A stretch of 61,444 nt of DNA, counting the filler, from Choristocarpus tenellus KU-1152 (Eukaryota; Protista; Phaeophyceae), in NCBI GenBank assembly GCA_964200185.2. It is 11 parts of 11 records of this genome, joined end to end, with 100 filler letters (N's around TTAATTAATTAA, not from the genome) between each part and the next. Parts side by side here need not be neighbours in the genome. Positions count along the whole stretch, not along the records: positions 35,027 to 39,328 come from CAXNAD020015211.1; positions 39,429 to 43,128 come from CAXNAD020018436.1; positions 43,229 to 48,052 come from CAXNAD020012926.1; positions 48,153 to 52,256 come from CAXNAD020016191.1; 7 more parts are not named here. One strand, 5' to 3'. The notes below the pieces were generated by a model. That model was not told the origin of the DNA. It saw nothing but the letters and a program-made list of their open reading frames with translations, and did no database searches. This document shows positions 38,450 through 51,400 of the stretch, one piece after another. The position numbers were made by a program, and so were the translations under genes. Position 1 is the first letter of the stretch. Each line of letters opens with the position of its first letter.

Positions 38450-38950
38450 TGGGATCTTTTGACCCTCATAGTTATAACCTCAACACCTTTGCCGTGGAAA
38501 GTTTTGGGCGTCTCAGCAAGCAAGCGGAATTTTTTCTGGATGAGCTAGCTATGCACACGGTAGGGGAGAGAGGGACAGAAGGCTACGGCAGAAAAGGTTC
38601 TGTCAATCCTGTCTACGCCAGATAGGCTCAGTCACAACGCAAGTAGCCCTATCTAGATGTGTCATGCGTTTTAAGCTGGAGACACGAGGGAGATGGGCAA
38701 GGAGGGGCTTGTTACATTCTTGGGATGCTTCCCTAGCTTCTCACCCTGGGGTACAGATCTAAGCTAGGTTGGAGGCACAGGAAGGCAGTGGTGCGGCATA
38801 ACTGGTAGTAAAATAGTAAATAGATTAATGTCTTTCACATGAATACAATTGTTACAGTTTTAGGGATTTTCTGATATATGAATAATAGCTGTCATTGTTT
38901 TTTTTCCTTATACATCTACAAAATGTTAGAGGGCATAAAAATAATAAGTA
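38450..38950 (+). mobile_element. Second, 5'-truncated CRE-like copy (end of RLE plus 3' UTR)
   Basis: SFDPHSYNLNTFAVESFGRLSKQAEFFLDELA is paralogous to 37930-38070. Confidence 0.75.
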
Positions 38951-39178
38951 TGTAAAAAAAAAAGTGGTGATACCAATAGCGAAATGTATTAGTAGGCACC
39001 AATATCGGAATAATATAGGGGTAGATATTTTCAACATATATAAGTAACGAACACGAACATGACACTCTGTAGACGTCATCTTTAATACGCAGAACTCTGC
39101 TAAGTCTTTCACAATGTGTTAAGCTTAGAAAAGGAAGCTGATATTTTCTTAATGTATCCATGAAACAATGGAACGAAG

Positions 39179-39250
39179 TGTGAATCGTGTGATTCTGTGG
39201 CGGCGTTGTTCACTCAGGCAAGGGTGGTGAAGAGAATCACCGGGCAAGAC
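39179..39250 (+). mobile_element. LTR-like family D, 5' fragment
   Basis: Near-identical to 34557-34628. Confidence 0.65.
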
Positions 39251-39428
39251 GTGTTGAACCTGAATCGAATGGATCGTACATGTAGGTAAAATGCGTAGAC
39301 TACTAGCGATGAGGAATCATGGTGTTGCNNNNNNNNNNNNNNNNNNNNNNNNNNNNNNNNNNNNNNNNNNNNTTAATTAATTAANNNNNNNNNNNNNNNN
39401 NNNNNNNNNNNNNNNNNNNNNNNNNNNN

Positions 39429-39468
39429 CCCTCACAAACCACCCCCTCCCCCCCAGATACTTTGACCC
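39429..39468. mobile_element. MITE family B-type terminus inserted into the pogo ORF
   Basis: CCCCCCCAGATACTTTGACCC directly abuts pogo sequence. Confidence 0.8.
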
Positions 39469-40270
39469 CAACTCCGCTACAAGCTCGTATGGCACTACTC
39501 GTTTAGGTTCTTGAGGACTCAGATCTTCTACCAATTCTGCGTCAGAGTCCCTGGAGTTATCCTCGGCCTGGTTCGTTCTCGAGCCCATCTCGGCTTCCCT
39601 AGCATTTGTGTTCTCTGCCAGAATTTCATCCTCAAGATTGAGGCGAATAGCTTCAACCACGCTCTTTTCATCTTCTAGCACTTCTGACTTCGTGTTCAAC
39701 ATCAAGTTGGACCGCTTTGTTCCATGTCCCCTCCTGGAGGCACTAGGTTTCTGCCCACGGCTGCCAGCTGCAGCACCAGATGAGCTACCATTCAGCGAGC
39801 CGAGCGATGAAGCCGATAACAATGTGCCTTTGCCGTCAGTGCCCACGACTTGCTGCAGTGCCAACCACTGCCCCTCACACAAATGTTTGCAGTCCTCGTC
39901 GAGTTCGGGATCCCTTACACCACATGGAGGTACCCACCGCACTTACGGCACTTCTAGATTGTGTAGAAAGGTGGACCCGGTGTGTTTGAAGGAATCTTGC
40001 AGAAGTTTCCTGCTGCGCAAGGCATGGCTTCCACTTTATACCCCTAACAGCAACGTATTGTACTGCTGTATGGTAGCATAACCTGGGAAGAAGGAAACTT
40101 TTCGCGAGAAATTAGCGCGCCAAACTCGCGTGAATATATCTGGGATTTTGTGCCAAATCGCCCGAACACGAGAATTCCGGTACAAAATCATATTTTTGAG
40201 CGTGTCGAAAATAAGCGGTACAAAATTGAATTGGTTCATAATATTTGGGTCAAAATCGGGTAACCCACTC
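39469..40270 (-). mobile_element. pogo-family transposon 5' part, internally deleted pseudo-ORF (ATG 40025)
   Basis: TIR CAAAATCGGGTAACCCACTC then TA at 40251-40272; MPCAAGNFC...*KCRKCGGYLH/CG...CKHLC Zn-finger-like segment; KRSNLMLNTKSEVLE psq-like start joined to an acidic tail. Confidence 0.7.
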
Positions 40271-40814
40271 TATAGTTTAATCAAGTAATGCTACATCTGT
40301 TGCCACTGTTGGTGACCTACAATTCAGGGTTCAAACCCTAACCCTATACAAGTGTTTCTTCAACGAAACAAAAATAATCGAAAAAGGGAAAGTTTATGAA
40401 GTAATCTGAGTTTTATGGCGGAAGAATTATGGTTAGTTGGGGGCACAGGACAATGAAGGGGACAGTGAAGAAATATAAGTATTAAGGAGGGAACGAAGAG
40501 TTAAGATTGAGTGGTTAACAAAATAGGTGGCAGACGGAGGCACAAGGAGGGGAGAAGGAATGAACAGTATTTAATCGAGTGAGGAAACCTGAGGCTGGGG
40601 GACAAGAAGAGGAAGGCTAGATCAAGAGGACCCCCGAGCAAGCTTTCCCGCCCACCCGCTCTGTCGCTTGCTCACGACTGACTTGGATCTCAGGGTGGGA
40701 GGGGAGGTCAAGTTCGGGCGGGGTAGATGCCTTCTAGCTCAAAGGCACGGTATGAAGGGGGTGGTGAAGGGGAGTTCTTGGATGATTGTGGAGTGGTGTT
40801 GAGTGGTGTTGAAT

Positions 40815-40965
40815 GGTTTGGTGGAGTGGTAAGTGGGGTGGGGTTGACTGGAGTGGTAACTGATGTGGGGTTGACTGGAGTGGTAACTGATGTGGGGTTG
40901 ACTGGAGTGGTAACTGGTGTGGGGTTGACTGAAGTGTTAAATGGTGTGGGGTTGAGTGGGGTTGA
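40815..40965. repeat. 27-bp minisatellite (gtggggttgactggagtggtaactgat), followed by ~55-bp repeats to about 41130
   Basis: Direct reading. Confidence 0.9.
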
Positions 40966-41534
40966 AAGGGGTGGTAGAGACCGGAAATCAGTGGCGAAAG
41001 GGGTCGCACTGGTTGGTCATCAGATGTAGGGGTGACTGGAAATCAGGGTTCAAGGGGGTTCGCCCTGGTTAATCATCAGATATGGGGGTGACTGGAAATC
41101 AGTGGCGAAGAGGTTGCACTGGTGGGTCACAAGGGTTGTTAGAATATGGGGAGAAAAGGGAATAGGGAGGAATACAAATGTAGAATAAAAAAAAATCCAG
41201 AATTCGTGAGCAAAACAAAACACCAGAAGCCCCTTCTCTGAACGAGCTTGTAACAGGCATTACTGATATGAATATGTTTTTTAAATCCGATATCTACACC
41301 AAAAGTTATGTTTGCATCGTAGAGGGAGGATAACCTATTGATACCGTCTATAGTACTAATACTATTAATATTAGTTTAAATTTAGCGCTCTTATTCGACA
41401 AACCATCCCGCAATTTGCCGTCTACCACCTACTACATGTTCAAAGTCACATACACCCATAAAACTGAAGGAATAGGCAGGTTCGCTGGGTGTCCTTCTCG
41501 TGCTTTTAGACGTCGGAATTCCTCTAGCATAACA

Positions 41535-42518
41535 ATGGGTTGCACCTCATCAAGAGAGCAAAATTTCGTCTTTCAACCTCTCGCCGAACGAGAGTTGGAC
41601 GCCCAGTTAGAACGGAAAGTTGCAGGTCTTACGCACAACTTAGTCAACGAGGAGTTTGGGCGGTGAGTGGCTCGTCTAGATTGAAGATAGCATTCCTTAT
41701 CACTGTCACTTCAATTAGAACGATAGGCAACCACTTTCTGGGACTTGAAAGTTTTGGAGAGTTTTTGTGGGGTCGAAGGAAATGATATTTGACTGAATGC
41801 CGTGTCCCTTGGTGATGCCTAACGTTGGTTGCCCACTCCCATACCTTGTTTCGGCGCTAGATGCGTTGGCGTTGTAGGATTATTTATGACAATATGTTAC
41901 GGCCAATGGCTCCCACCCAAACTACCTTGAACATAGCCATGCACTCGCGTACACACGAAATATAAAACATAGTGTAAACCGGAACAATGCTATCAATCGC
42001 ACCATTACAGGCCTATTACGGATATTTACGACATCGATGGAGAACAGCTCGGCTCCGGCATCCAGGGTACGGTGCGGAGGATCACCCACAAGAAAACTGG
42101 TACCCATTACGCGATGAAGACCATCTGCTTGGAAAAGGGGAAAGTATGTATTTCGAAACACTTTCCTCATTGAGTTTTGTACCTAATCTGTTTATTTCCC
42201 GTTGGTCTCCGTTCCAAAACTGCACTCGCAACTACTATCAATTGGTTCTACAGTTAGTAACATTACAACAGTACGACTTTCCATCCAAAAGCACAGGGCT
42301 TTGACATGACGCACACACATTTTCTTCTCAATATTTAACTTAATCGCTCTGCTCGTTTTTAACGCCGTTTCAATCCTGTTGCTCTGTCCATCTGCATCGA
42401 TGGACAGGACCGAGCTGTGCTACGCGCAGAGGTATCAATGCTTCGTTCACTGGACCACCCCAACATCGTTAGACTCCAGGAAGTGTTCGAGACGGAAGAT
42501 ACGCTGTATCTTGTCATG
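41535..42518 (+). CDS. CAMK-group/CDPK-like Ser/Thr kinase, 5' exons (41535-41662, 42011-42143, 42408-42518)
   Basis: MGCTSS acylation motif; LGSGIQGTV Gly-loop; YAMK; EVSMLRSLDHPNIVRLQEVFETEDTLYLVM; canonical splice sites with matching phases. Confidence 0.92.
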
Positions 42519-43062
42519 GTAAGTGCATAGAATGGCGAGATGCATCATGATCAAATCCATATGTTCTCAAGAATCTTTAGGTTTGGGTAGTCTGGTCCAG
42601 GGTGGCACTTCTATTCCAGCAGAAAATAATGCGCACTAGCCTTGTCCTTAGGGTATACAGTGTATGATGCTACTCTTGATAGGGAATGCCTTCTATGTTG
42701 TCTGGTGTAAGGGTAGGGCAACAACACCTACTGAGAATTGCTACATGGCCAGTCTGGCTGAAGAGTGCTGATAATTTTTGTTGGGTATGCACTTGGGACA
42801 TGATCATACAAGTTACAGTGGTCCTTTTTCCTTTTAGGTGGTGACTTCTTCCATAAACGCCGACTTTTTTACAAGATCAATAATGGTCAGGAAAGTAAAA
42901 CTGTGTTATTTGCTTTTCCTGAGAGCAAATAATACACCAATAGCAGCACTCAAAAACTTAGTTGAGCGAGAGAGGGCGAACTTATATAATTCCAAGTGAA
43001 GCATAGCAGTTGGTGTTTTTCATTGCCAAGGAGATATCAACTGCTGCAACTTTTTAAACAGG

Positions 43063-43128
43063 GGGTCAAAGTATCTGGGGGGGGGTGCCAGTGTCCGTTT
43101 TTGACCCTGGCTCAAAGTAGCTTGGGGG
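43063..43128. mobile_element. MITE family B-type start with a second TIR nested at 43109
   Basis: GGGTCAAAGTATCTGGGG, then GGCTCAAAGTAGCTTGGGGG. Confidence 0.75.
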
Positions 43129-43559
43129 NNNNNNNNNNNNNNNNNNNNNNNNNNNNNNNNNNNNNNNNNNNNTTAATTAATTAANNNNNNNNNNNNNNNN
43201 NNNNNNNNNNNNNNNNNNNNNNNNNNNNCCTGTAACAATTCCACCCCGTTCTTACTCGGCGAGTCCAGATGTTTCGCGGCACAAACTTATGGCAAAGAGG
43301 TAGTAGTACCGGCAACCAATTGAAAGGGAACTGTGACACAATGCTTCTTTGGGTAAGAGCGCGGTGTTGTGTAGGGGTACCTGTATTAGTTGGAGATGCA
43401 GCATTCAAGATGGAGGAGTACTGTGTGCAATCGTTAGAGAACAACAATGCCACAATTGAGTCAGCTAAAACGATGGTGTATGACGGGCAGACCAAGAACG
43501 TTGGTGTGAGTGAAGCATCACAAATGATACGCGCGGAATTTGACAATGGATGACACAGT

Positions 43560-43731
43560 GGCTCAAACTATCTGGGGGGGGTCTACACCAGGGTGTCCAT
43601 TCAGCCCTTGACCAGGAGAGGTGAACTTACATTATCCATCCAATGCATGCTACCAAATTACCCAAAAGTCGCGATTTGGAAAAATGGACCCCGAATGGAC
43701 AGCTGGCACCCCCCCCAAGATACTTTGAGTC
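43560..43731 (+). mobile_element. MITE family B, full copy
   Basis: GGCTCAAACTATCTGGGG...CCCCAAGATACTTTGAGTC. Confidence 0.9.
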
Positions 43732-44242
43732 AGGTCAACATTATATACTAGTCATCTGAAAATCCCAGCAAAGGGATCTGTTCACCTAGACGTTTGGGAA
43801 GGAGCATTCTCACTTTCACACTTGATTCATTATGTACTGTTCATGTTTGATGTAGTATTTGCTTCTATTTCTGTTTGGTGAGGAAAGTGTTTTTTTGTGA
43901 AACATGTCTCAGTGCGTTTTTCAGAGGAGGAGAGTGTGTCAAGAATTGTTTTCAACCTGTCAAGCCAGCAGTGTGGACAAATTCCAATTTTTCGTGGGCC
44001 CGGTCAAGACAGATCAGAAGTCATCGAAACCAGCTCTGGCCGCGAACTGGTGCCTTTGCACTTACCCAGCCTGATTATCATTACTATTCTCATTCTGAGG
44101 GCCTTAGTTGCTGCATTAGCATGGTGTACATCAGCTATACCAGTTCCTAGGGATGATACTCATCCATGAAGCTCTTTGTGTCATCAACCACAAACTCTTA
44201 CCACCTCTGTTGTGTTAGTTGGCCTTGTGCTCCATCCTTCCA

Positions 44243-44500
44243 AAGCGAAAGTATCTTAGGGGGTACGAGTTTTGCCCTATTTGTCCATTTAGGGCTTGAC
44301 TTCCTACGGTTTTTTTATGACATACTACCTCCTCCAAAATGTTTCCGAGTAGGTAAAATGTATACGTTATGAAAAGATGTGTCCGGAACAAGGATATTGA
44401 CATCTCCTAACAATCACAATAGCCAAAATTACATCAAAATCGCAACATTGGATTTTNNNNNNNNNNGGACGCGGCTCTACGCTCTAAGATACTTTGACTC
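44243..44500 (-). mobile_element. MITE family A, full copy, TSD TCCA
   Basis: tcca on both flanks; internal 10-N gap. Confidence 0.95.
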
Positions 44501-45905
44501 TCCACCATAATCCTAAATTTCTCAAGGTTGTTTTGCGGGCACTATCCACTAGTTCTTCTCTCCATGTAGATTCCTTTTTCCATTTGCAGTCTCCCCAAAC
44601 ATGAGCGTCTTGAGTAGTTGCTCATCCCCTATGCATGCAACTGACCCTGTGAACAGAAGCCTCTGTTTTCACGCAGTTGCCCCAATAAATTTACACCCAG
44701 TCCTCATGAACCATTTTTGTTGGATAATGCGTGACCAGTATGTGTTACAGGCGAGTAGTGCAAGCATTTCTTCTTGTGTTCTAACAAGCGCGAGCAGTAT
44801 ACGAGATTAGTAGCACATAGGTAGCCTTACAGAATAAATGCTGATTCCCTAGAAGATACAGAGTAAGATTTGTAATGCATACGTAACATTACAGAAGAAA
44901 ACGTCAACGTTCCCAAGAAGTTACAGAATACAAGTTTATGATTGGAGTACGTATACAACAGTTGCATAGAAAACCAAAGAAACTGGGTGAATGATGAAAA
45001 TAATAAAAGGGCTTTTGGTCAAAATCATCACCCCTCTTAAAACAGTCTTTATCTTGAACGAAACATTGAGTCAAGCTTTGAGCTATGCACTGAGCGAAGT
45101 ATCGAGAGAGGGCTGTCTGACACCCAAGAACCTATTATCAAAGGCAACGCCCCCATAGCCTCATTTTAAAGTAATTTGATTTGAGATACACATCCTGTGG
45201 AGGTGAGTTCTGGAGCGTGCTTTAACATGGAGGTCCTACTGAGACTTCCACCCTGTAACATACGTTTCTGTTTGCGAATCTGATGAAGCGTAGGAGAAAT
45301 TTGTGATAGCGAGTGTAACGCTGCATAGAATGGGGGACCTGACACAGAGTTGTTGCAAACACTGAGTTCACACAACTAGATGAGATGGTGTAGTGGCCTC
45401 AATGCTCAGTGTTACAAGCCAAAGTTAAGATCAACAGTGTCAGGATAGTATGAGCTCAGACGCCTGCTGTCTCGGTTCTAGTATTTTTGTTTGGGATGTA
45501 TCAGATAATGTGATTTAGTGTACAGAAATGTGCTGATTGTCGTCGAAGTGCTCTGAAATATCTGACAGTATTCTCATGTCCTTTTGACTTATGGAATCCC
45601 TTAGCTATATGGGATACAGGCATCACTAGTCTGTATAATATTGCTACTGTAAGCATGAATCAGCCCGCGGACATGTGACAAGTCCGTACACACATTTTAC
45701 TCGGTAAAGAACCACAAAATACAACAATTGGCCTAGGATAATGTAAACATCACTTCAAGTCTATACACAGATCACCTTTCTCATACAAAAGGACACAAAA
45801 TATGATATTTAGCCTTGAATACATTACATAACAAACAAAAATATGCTAAAAAAGGTCAATGTACAGTGGTCACCCTGTAACAGTGTTCATGTAACACAAT
45901 CATAT

Positions 45906-46164
45906 GAGTGAAAGTATCTTAGAGGGTACGAGTTTTGCCTTGTTTGTCCATTTGGGGCTTAGCTTCTCATGAGTTCTTTAGTGACTTTTTCCTACTCCAA
46001 AATGCTTAGGAGTAGGTAAAGTGTGCATGTTAGGAAAAGGTGTGTCAGGAACATGGATATTGACACTTCCTAACAAAAGCGATAGCCAAAATTATATCTT
46101 AATCGCAACATTCGACTTTGGCCCCCAAATGGATGCGGCTCTACCCTCTAAGATACTTTGGCTC
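45906..46164 (-). mobile_element. MITE family A, full copy, TSD ATAT
   Basis: atat on both flanks. Confidence 0.95.
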
Positions 46165-46229
46165 ATATACTAGGAGTAATAACAGAACCTCGAGTACTTC
46201 TGACTTGAGCATTCAAATATTAAACCCAA

Positions 46230-46950
46230 TTGACACAATTATGGTCCTATCATAAAGCAGTGGCTGGTCTTGCTCTGAAACTTCTGAAAGCGATTGACCA
46301 ATCTTGGTGATGGTATCAGCTTCAGTGCTGATAGTGTGTCCAAGATATAAACAATCTGACTCAATGTCCAGATCTGAATAATTTGCGCCTTTGTTAGGAG
46401 GTCGAGAGCACAATGCTCGCGTCGTTATAATAAGGCATACGCTACATGCACTGCTCAAGTGCTCTCCCACTCCCTGGTGCTCCTTCTCCTCTGAACTGAT
46501 TGTTTGTCGCATCTCCTCTGATAACAACAAGGTCCTTAGAAGTGTCCAAGTCAGAATTGAACTACCTATCTGCTATGCTTACCACTGCAGTGAAGAAGAT
46601 GCTGGACGGTATTGAGACCATGACACGCCCTTATGGAATTCCTTGCCTGGAGAACTCAAACCAGTCCATATACTCTTCATCATCCGTTCGGACGCATAAC
46701 AGTATTCTATCAAGGAATTGGTGAATGAATAAGATATTTTTCTCAGACAATCCAAACTTTACAAGCACAGCCCAAAGAAGATGTCCAGTGAAAGAAGGTG
46801 TCCACTGTGGAGAGTTGGGGCTGGAAACCACCCTGTTGGTCATGAAGTGTGTTCTCATGTTCCAGGTATGTTCTCAGGTGTTGTGTGCAACAACCCTGAG
46901 AAGAAATTGCCAGCTTACATCACTAATGGGTTGCTCCTGTAGTAGTTAGC
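46230..46950 (-). pseudogene. RTE-type LINE reverse transcriptase remnant
   Basis: QGGFQPQLSTVD; LLWAVLVKFGL...IHQF...CVRTDDEEYMDWF...QGIP*GRV...IFFTAVV; CLYLGHTISTEAD. Confidence 0.75.
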
Positions 46951-47487
46951 ATAATTAACTCAATCTTTTTCTTGTCAAGCACTTTGACTACTGCATTCTT
47001 CCAGTTTGATGAAAAGACCGAGAAAAACTTGACATAGTAAAAGAAGGGTGTGGGCCCAGCAGTCAGTTCTCCCTCCCCCGAAAATACAAATATGTATCAG
47101 CTCCAGCATCAAGGACGACAACAAAGTCCAAGGATGGACATTTATCGACACATGATTATGGATCAGAAAAAATCAGATCAAGTCCCATCCACTCACCAGC
47201 AACAGATCGATACCATCACTACCAGTACCAAAATGGGTATCCTAGCCTAGCCTCCATTCTCATTCCTAAAGTTCTCCACTGTCCATCCGTACACAAGCTG
47301 GCATTCTCAAGTGAAATTGACGGACGTTTGAAATCATCGTCGCAAGGACACCAAACTTGACTAGCAGTGTCCAAAAGTTGAGGAAGGAAAGGAAAAGATT
47401 GAATAAATAAAAACAGAGATTCCAATTTGCCCAATGTCCTTGAAATATTCCAATATAAAAATGTAAAATAATACAAATTGCGTAGAT

Positions 47488-47560
47488 GGGGGATTAGCTC
47501 AAATGGTAGAGCGCTTCCTTAGCATGGAAGAAGTAGTGGGATCGATACCCACATTCTCCA
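47488..47560 (+). tRNA. tRNA-Ala(AGC)
   Basis: Acceptor stem GGGGGAT/ATTCTCC with G3:U70; anticodon arm CTTCC-TTAGCAT-GGAAG; T arm GTGGG-ATCGATA-CCCAC. Confidence 0.97.
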
Positions 47561-47561
47561 C

Positions 47562-47567
47562 TTTTTT
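47562..47567 (+). terminator. Pol III oligo-T terminator
   Basis: TTTTTT immediately after the tRNA. Confidence 0.85.
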
Positions 47568-47987
47568 GGCTCAAGTATACAGTACTCTGTCGATCTGTTA
47601 GTTGATGAGAACGCCCCTTATTTTAATTCCTTACTAAATATGAAGTTGTTTGCCAGGTTTTCCCTCTTGTTAAACTCGAACTATTGGAGCGAGAACCTTG
47701 TATTTACCTAAATCAACCGCACATTCATTTTGTTGTGATCATTGTTGACAGCACTGTCTCCTTTTTGGATGAGAGACTTTTTGGAGCTGAAAGATTAAAT
47801 ATAATGACCTAACTCCTCCATCAGTTGTGTTTCCTTTGGAGCATAGAATGTGGAAAGTTCTTTATTTGTTGTTGTAGCTAAAAAAATATATGGGAATATG
47901 TAAAGGCGAACTTATATACCAATCGTAATGTGATAACAAATTTGATTATTAATATTACGATGTCGCTCCGTACATTAATATAATAAA

Positions 47988-48052
47988 TGTGAATTGTGTG
48001 ATTCTCTGGCGGCGTGGTTCACTCATGCAAGGGTGGCGAAGAGAATCACCGG
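47988..48052 (+). mobile_element. LTR-like family D, 5' fragment
   Basis: Matches 34557 and 39179; cut by contig end. Confidence 0.65.
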
Positions 48053-48152
48053 NNNNNNNNNNNNNNNNNNNNNNNNNNNNNNNNNNNNNNNNNNNNTTAA
48101 TTAATTAANNNNNNNNNNNNNNNNNNNNNNNNNNNNNNNNNNNNNNNNNNNN

Positions 48153-48336
48153 GGGGGGGGGGGGGGGGGGGGGGGGGGGGGATCTACACCAGAGGGTCCA
48201 TTTGGTCCAAAACCAGGAAAAGTGCACTTTCATTATCCATCCCACGTATGGAACCAAATAACCCAAAAATCGCAACATGAAAAAGTTGGCCTCAAATAGA
48301 CAGCCGCCACCCCTCCCCCCCCAGATACTTTGACCC
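48153..48336 (+). mobile_element. MITE family B, nearly full copy
   Basis: polyG...ctacaccagagggtccatttgg...CCCAGATACTTTGACCC. Confidence 0.9.
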
Positions 48337-49097
48337 TGATGACTGATAAAATGATGAGTGTTTATATACCCTATATGTGTTCTTATTTTGTTTAAAAGGC
48401 TGCTGATCTTGATAGGTTGGTATTGTTTGGCATGCCCAGCGGTTTGATTTTTTTTGTTAGTACAGTTGTGTCCTATTGGTTGGAAGATAAATCGGAGGTG
48501 AAAATCATACATACGCCTTCTCAAGGTGTATGTGAAGAATTTTGAATGATCCGAGTTTGAGAGTCTGGCACACTCTTGCACAATGGGTGCAAAAATAAAC
48601 ATGACTATACTTTTGGGGTAGTGTTGTTGTGTGTACCTTGTGAGTCAATTCCCTTTAGAGCATTGATACCATACCATGCCAAGCTGTTTCCTTGTTCACA
48701 AATGGACTCCTTGGAGCATCAAATTATATTTTATTTTATTTTAAAGGGGTAATTATTAGTCTGTGCCTTGACACGATTGCAAGCTGCTAAAATAGAAAAA
48801 GACAAGAGTCCTCTTGAGTGATGATGGTGTATGTCAAGAGCGTTCCAGAGGGTTGGTACATGGAAGGAAACTTGCTCGATGGTGATGAACAATTGTACTT
48901 ACTGACTTCCAATTGTCCAGTACTAATTGTTACTTTGTCACTACCAATAACATACTTTGGTATGATAATTGCTGTTGTAGTACACTCATACTTTACGAAA
49001 GTATTATTTTGAAGTATTTTTCTTCTTAGTTGCTTGTAAGGATATGGTTCCCAATCCCCCTTCTCACCCCCCTTGTCACTTGTTTGTCACTTGGCAG

Positions 49098-49753
49098 GAT
49101 GCGGTTCGGACTGAGTTTAATGGTTGCACTGTTGTTATGGTTGCACACAGGATCAACACAATCATTGACTGCGACCAGGTACGTCATTTCCACGCGTCTA
49201 TACCCTTATCCTGAGTGGATAGATAGATTTGTGCTTTAGTTGCCCAGTGTGCTTGCTCTAGGAGTGTGTAGAAGTAACATTCGTATTATTATTTATGGTT
49301 CATGTTAAGTTTGATGAATTGAGATACATTTTCCAGGAGTGGCTTTGTTTTGGTTATGAGTACTGGCCTCCATTATTTCAGCTAGCAGCAGGACGGCATT
49401 GCTGCTCACCCTTGAGAAATCCCTTATTTACTAAACACAAGAGCAGTAGTACAACCCTCAACATGAGATACACAACACTCAACATCCACCCCTATAACCT
49501 CCTCCTTCAATGTACTTTATTGAACACTGAAAAATACTGTTGCACTGCTCAGGTCATAGTGTTGTCTGATGGCAAAGTTGTTGAGTTCGGTCACCCTCAT
49601 GAGCTCCTTTCGGGCAGTAACAGCAAGGGGGACAACACAACTGAGAATGAGGGAACATTTTCATCTATGGTGCAAGAAACTGGAACTGAGGCGGCAAATG
49701 AGCTGAGGAGGCTTGCAGAGGAGGCGTGGACCCGTGCCCAGACTTCAAAGTGA
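49098..49753 (+). CDS. ABC transporter subfamily C (MRP-like), last two exons (49098-49178, 49553-49753)
   Basis: DAVRTEFNGCTVVMVAHRINTIIDCDQ|VIVLSDGKVVEFGHPHELL...FSSMVQETG, the NBD2 H-loop and C-terminus. Confidence 0.92.
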
Positions 49754-50689
49754 CGTTATTCTCAGAAAAGAAAAGGCAAAAAGTGGACATTACGGCTGTA
49801 TTTCCAAAGGCTTACACCTATGACTTCCATGTCCAATTCATTATTTTGTGTGTTAGTGTTATCCTTCCTCAACATCGACAATAAGATGTGTAGGGATGGA
49901 TGTATTTCAGTGGTGCTGGCATGGACAAGGTGGTGGATTGTCTGTTCTGCTTTGTGTGCAGTTATCTAGTAGGTGATGGAGTAGGTGATGATAAATTTTC
50001 TTGGCAGAAGAATTTACTCTTTTTTCATTTGTGTATAGTTATAATAATAGTAGTAGTAGTGCCATCTGTCACGTGCCGATATGCTTCAGGTACTGCTACT
50101 CTTTAAGAAAAGAGAAGTAGAATGGTTTAAGTCAATCAAATGGCCTCGACTCCTTTATTTTCGTTACATTAGTATCATAGTCGTTGTCACTGCATCTCAA
50201 ACAATCTATGTTTATCATTGGAAGGGAAATACACACACACAGAGAGAGAGATGGTGTTGATTAATATTGTTGTAGTAGTCTTTCAAATGAAAAAGAAATG
50301 AACAGACAATGCAAGAGTATACTAGTGGGTCTCGTTACACTCCAGATACTTACTGATGGGGTTATTGGAAGTAGGTGAACTGTGTGAGGTTTTCATACAT
50401 TGTATTGCATGGTACATGGGTGTGTTCATGTGTCTGACGGTTTGCTTCTTGTTTGACTCTTCTTTTTAGTTGGTAACAAGCGAGATCCACCTCTGAGCAG
50501 AAAATTAAGCACACTGCCAGACTTGGGTGATTTTGAAGTATTATTATTATTATTTGTATAATGTCGAACGAACCAAAAAGTACACAAGCTGAATGAAGTG
50601 TGTGTGATGATTGCTACAGATTCATGCCGACAAGCGCGAGGTCTATCCAATTCACATCATATTGCTCTGCTTTTTCTCAGGTGAAATCA

Positions 50690-51400
50690 ATTCTGTTTCC
50701 TCTAATGGGACTCAGATGCCTGGTACCAAATATGAAGGTCCAGTTTCCAGTGTTGGTATACTACCAGAGATATATATAGTTATGTTTATACCAGTGTTAC
50801 ACCCTGTAATGTCAAACCAATTTGCTGAAATCCTCATCTGGTTTGTGGAAATATCTCCCTTGTTGGCCTCAACATCGTTGGCCTGATGATTTTTGGATAT
50901 ATTTGGTATCCTCCTCAGGTATGCTCTCCAATTGCATACATTTTGCTTGGTGGTTGAGCCCTCCTTCGAGCAATAACAGTGTTGAGACCTGATTGCCTCC
51001 TTGAAAACATGTAGAATAATCCTTCATAGCTGTTCTTATTTGTAGTGGAGTATGAAGTCGACAATTCCTTATCCTGTATCTGACACACCCACCTACATGT
51101 CATGTATACATTGAATTTTAGTTGGAGTGTACAGAAGTCACCATTGTATTGCAATGGGATAGTTCTCCATCTCTAGAATCATCCCACTCTCAGCAGTTAG
51201 TTGGAGGAAGAAGGAGAACAGAATGAGGTCTGGATGGCAACAACCAATCCGTCTATCCATCCATGACATTTGAAAGGTAGGATGGTGGAACCGATCATAG
51301 CTCCTCTGCTATATCTTGTGGGAAGAAATCTTGTTGGTTCCAGGTGATTTTTGTTACTTCTGGTCGAGAGAGGAGAAACTCCAATATCTGTGAAGATATC
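50690..51400 (-). pseudogene. Very degraded non-LTR RT remnant
   Basis: KSPGTNKIS (KaPGpDgI), ENYPIA (NyRPIa), FDITGCNTGIN...IPTLETGPSY. Confidence 0.35.

Noticed and set aside
43229-43553. 94-aa ORF at contig start
   Set aside because: No recognisable family; possibly retroelement debris
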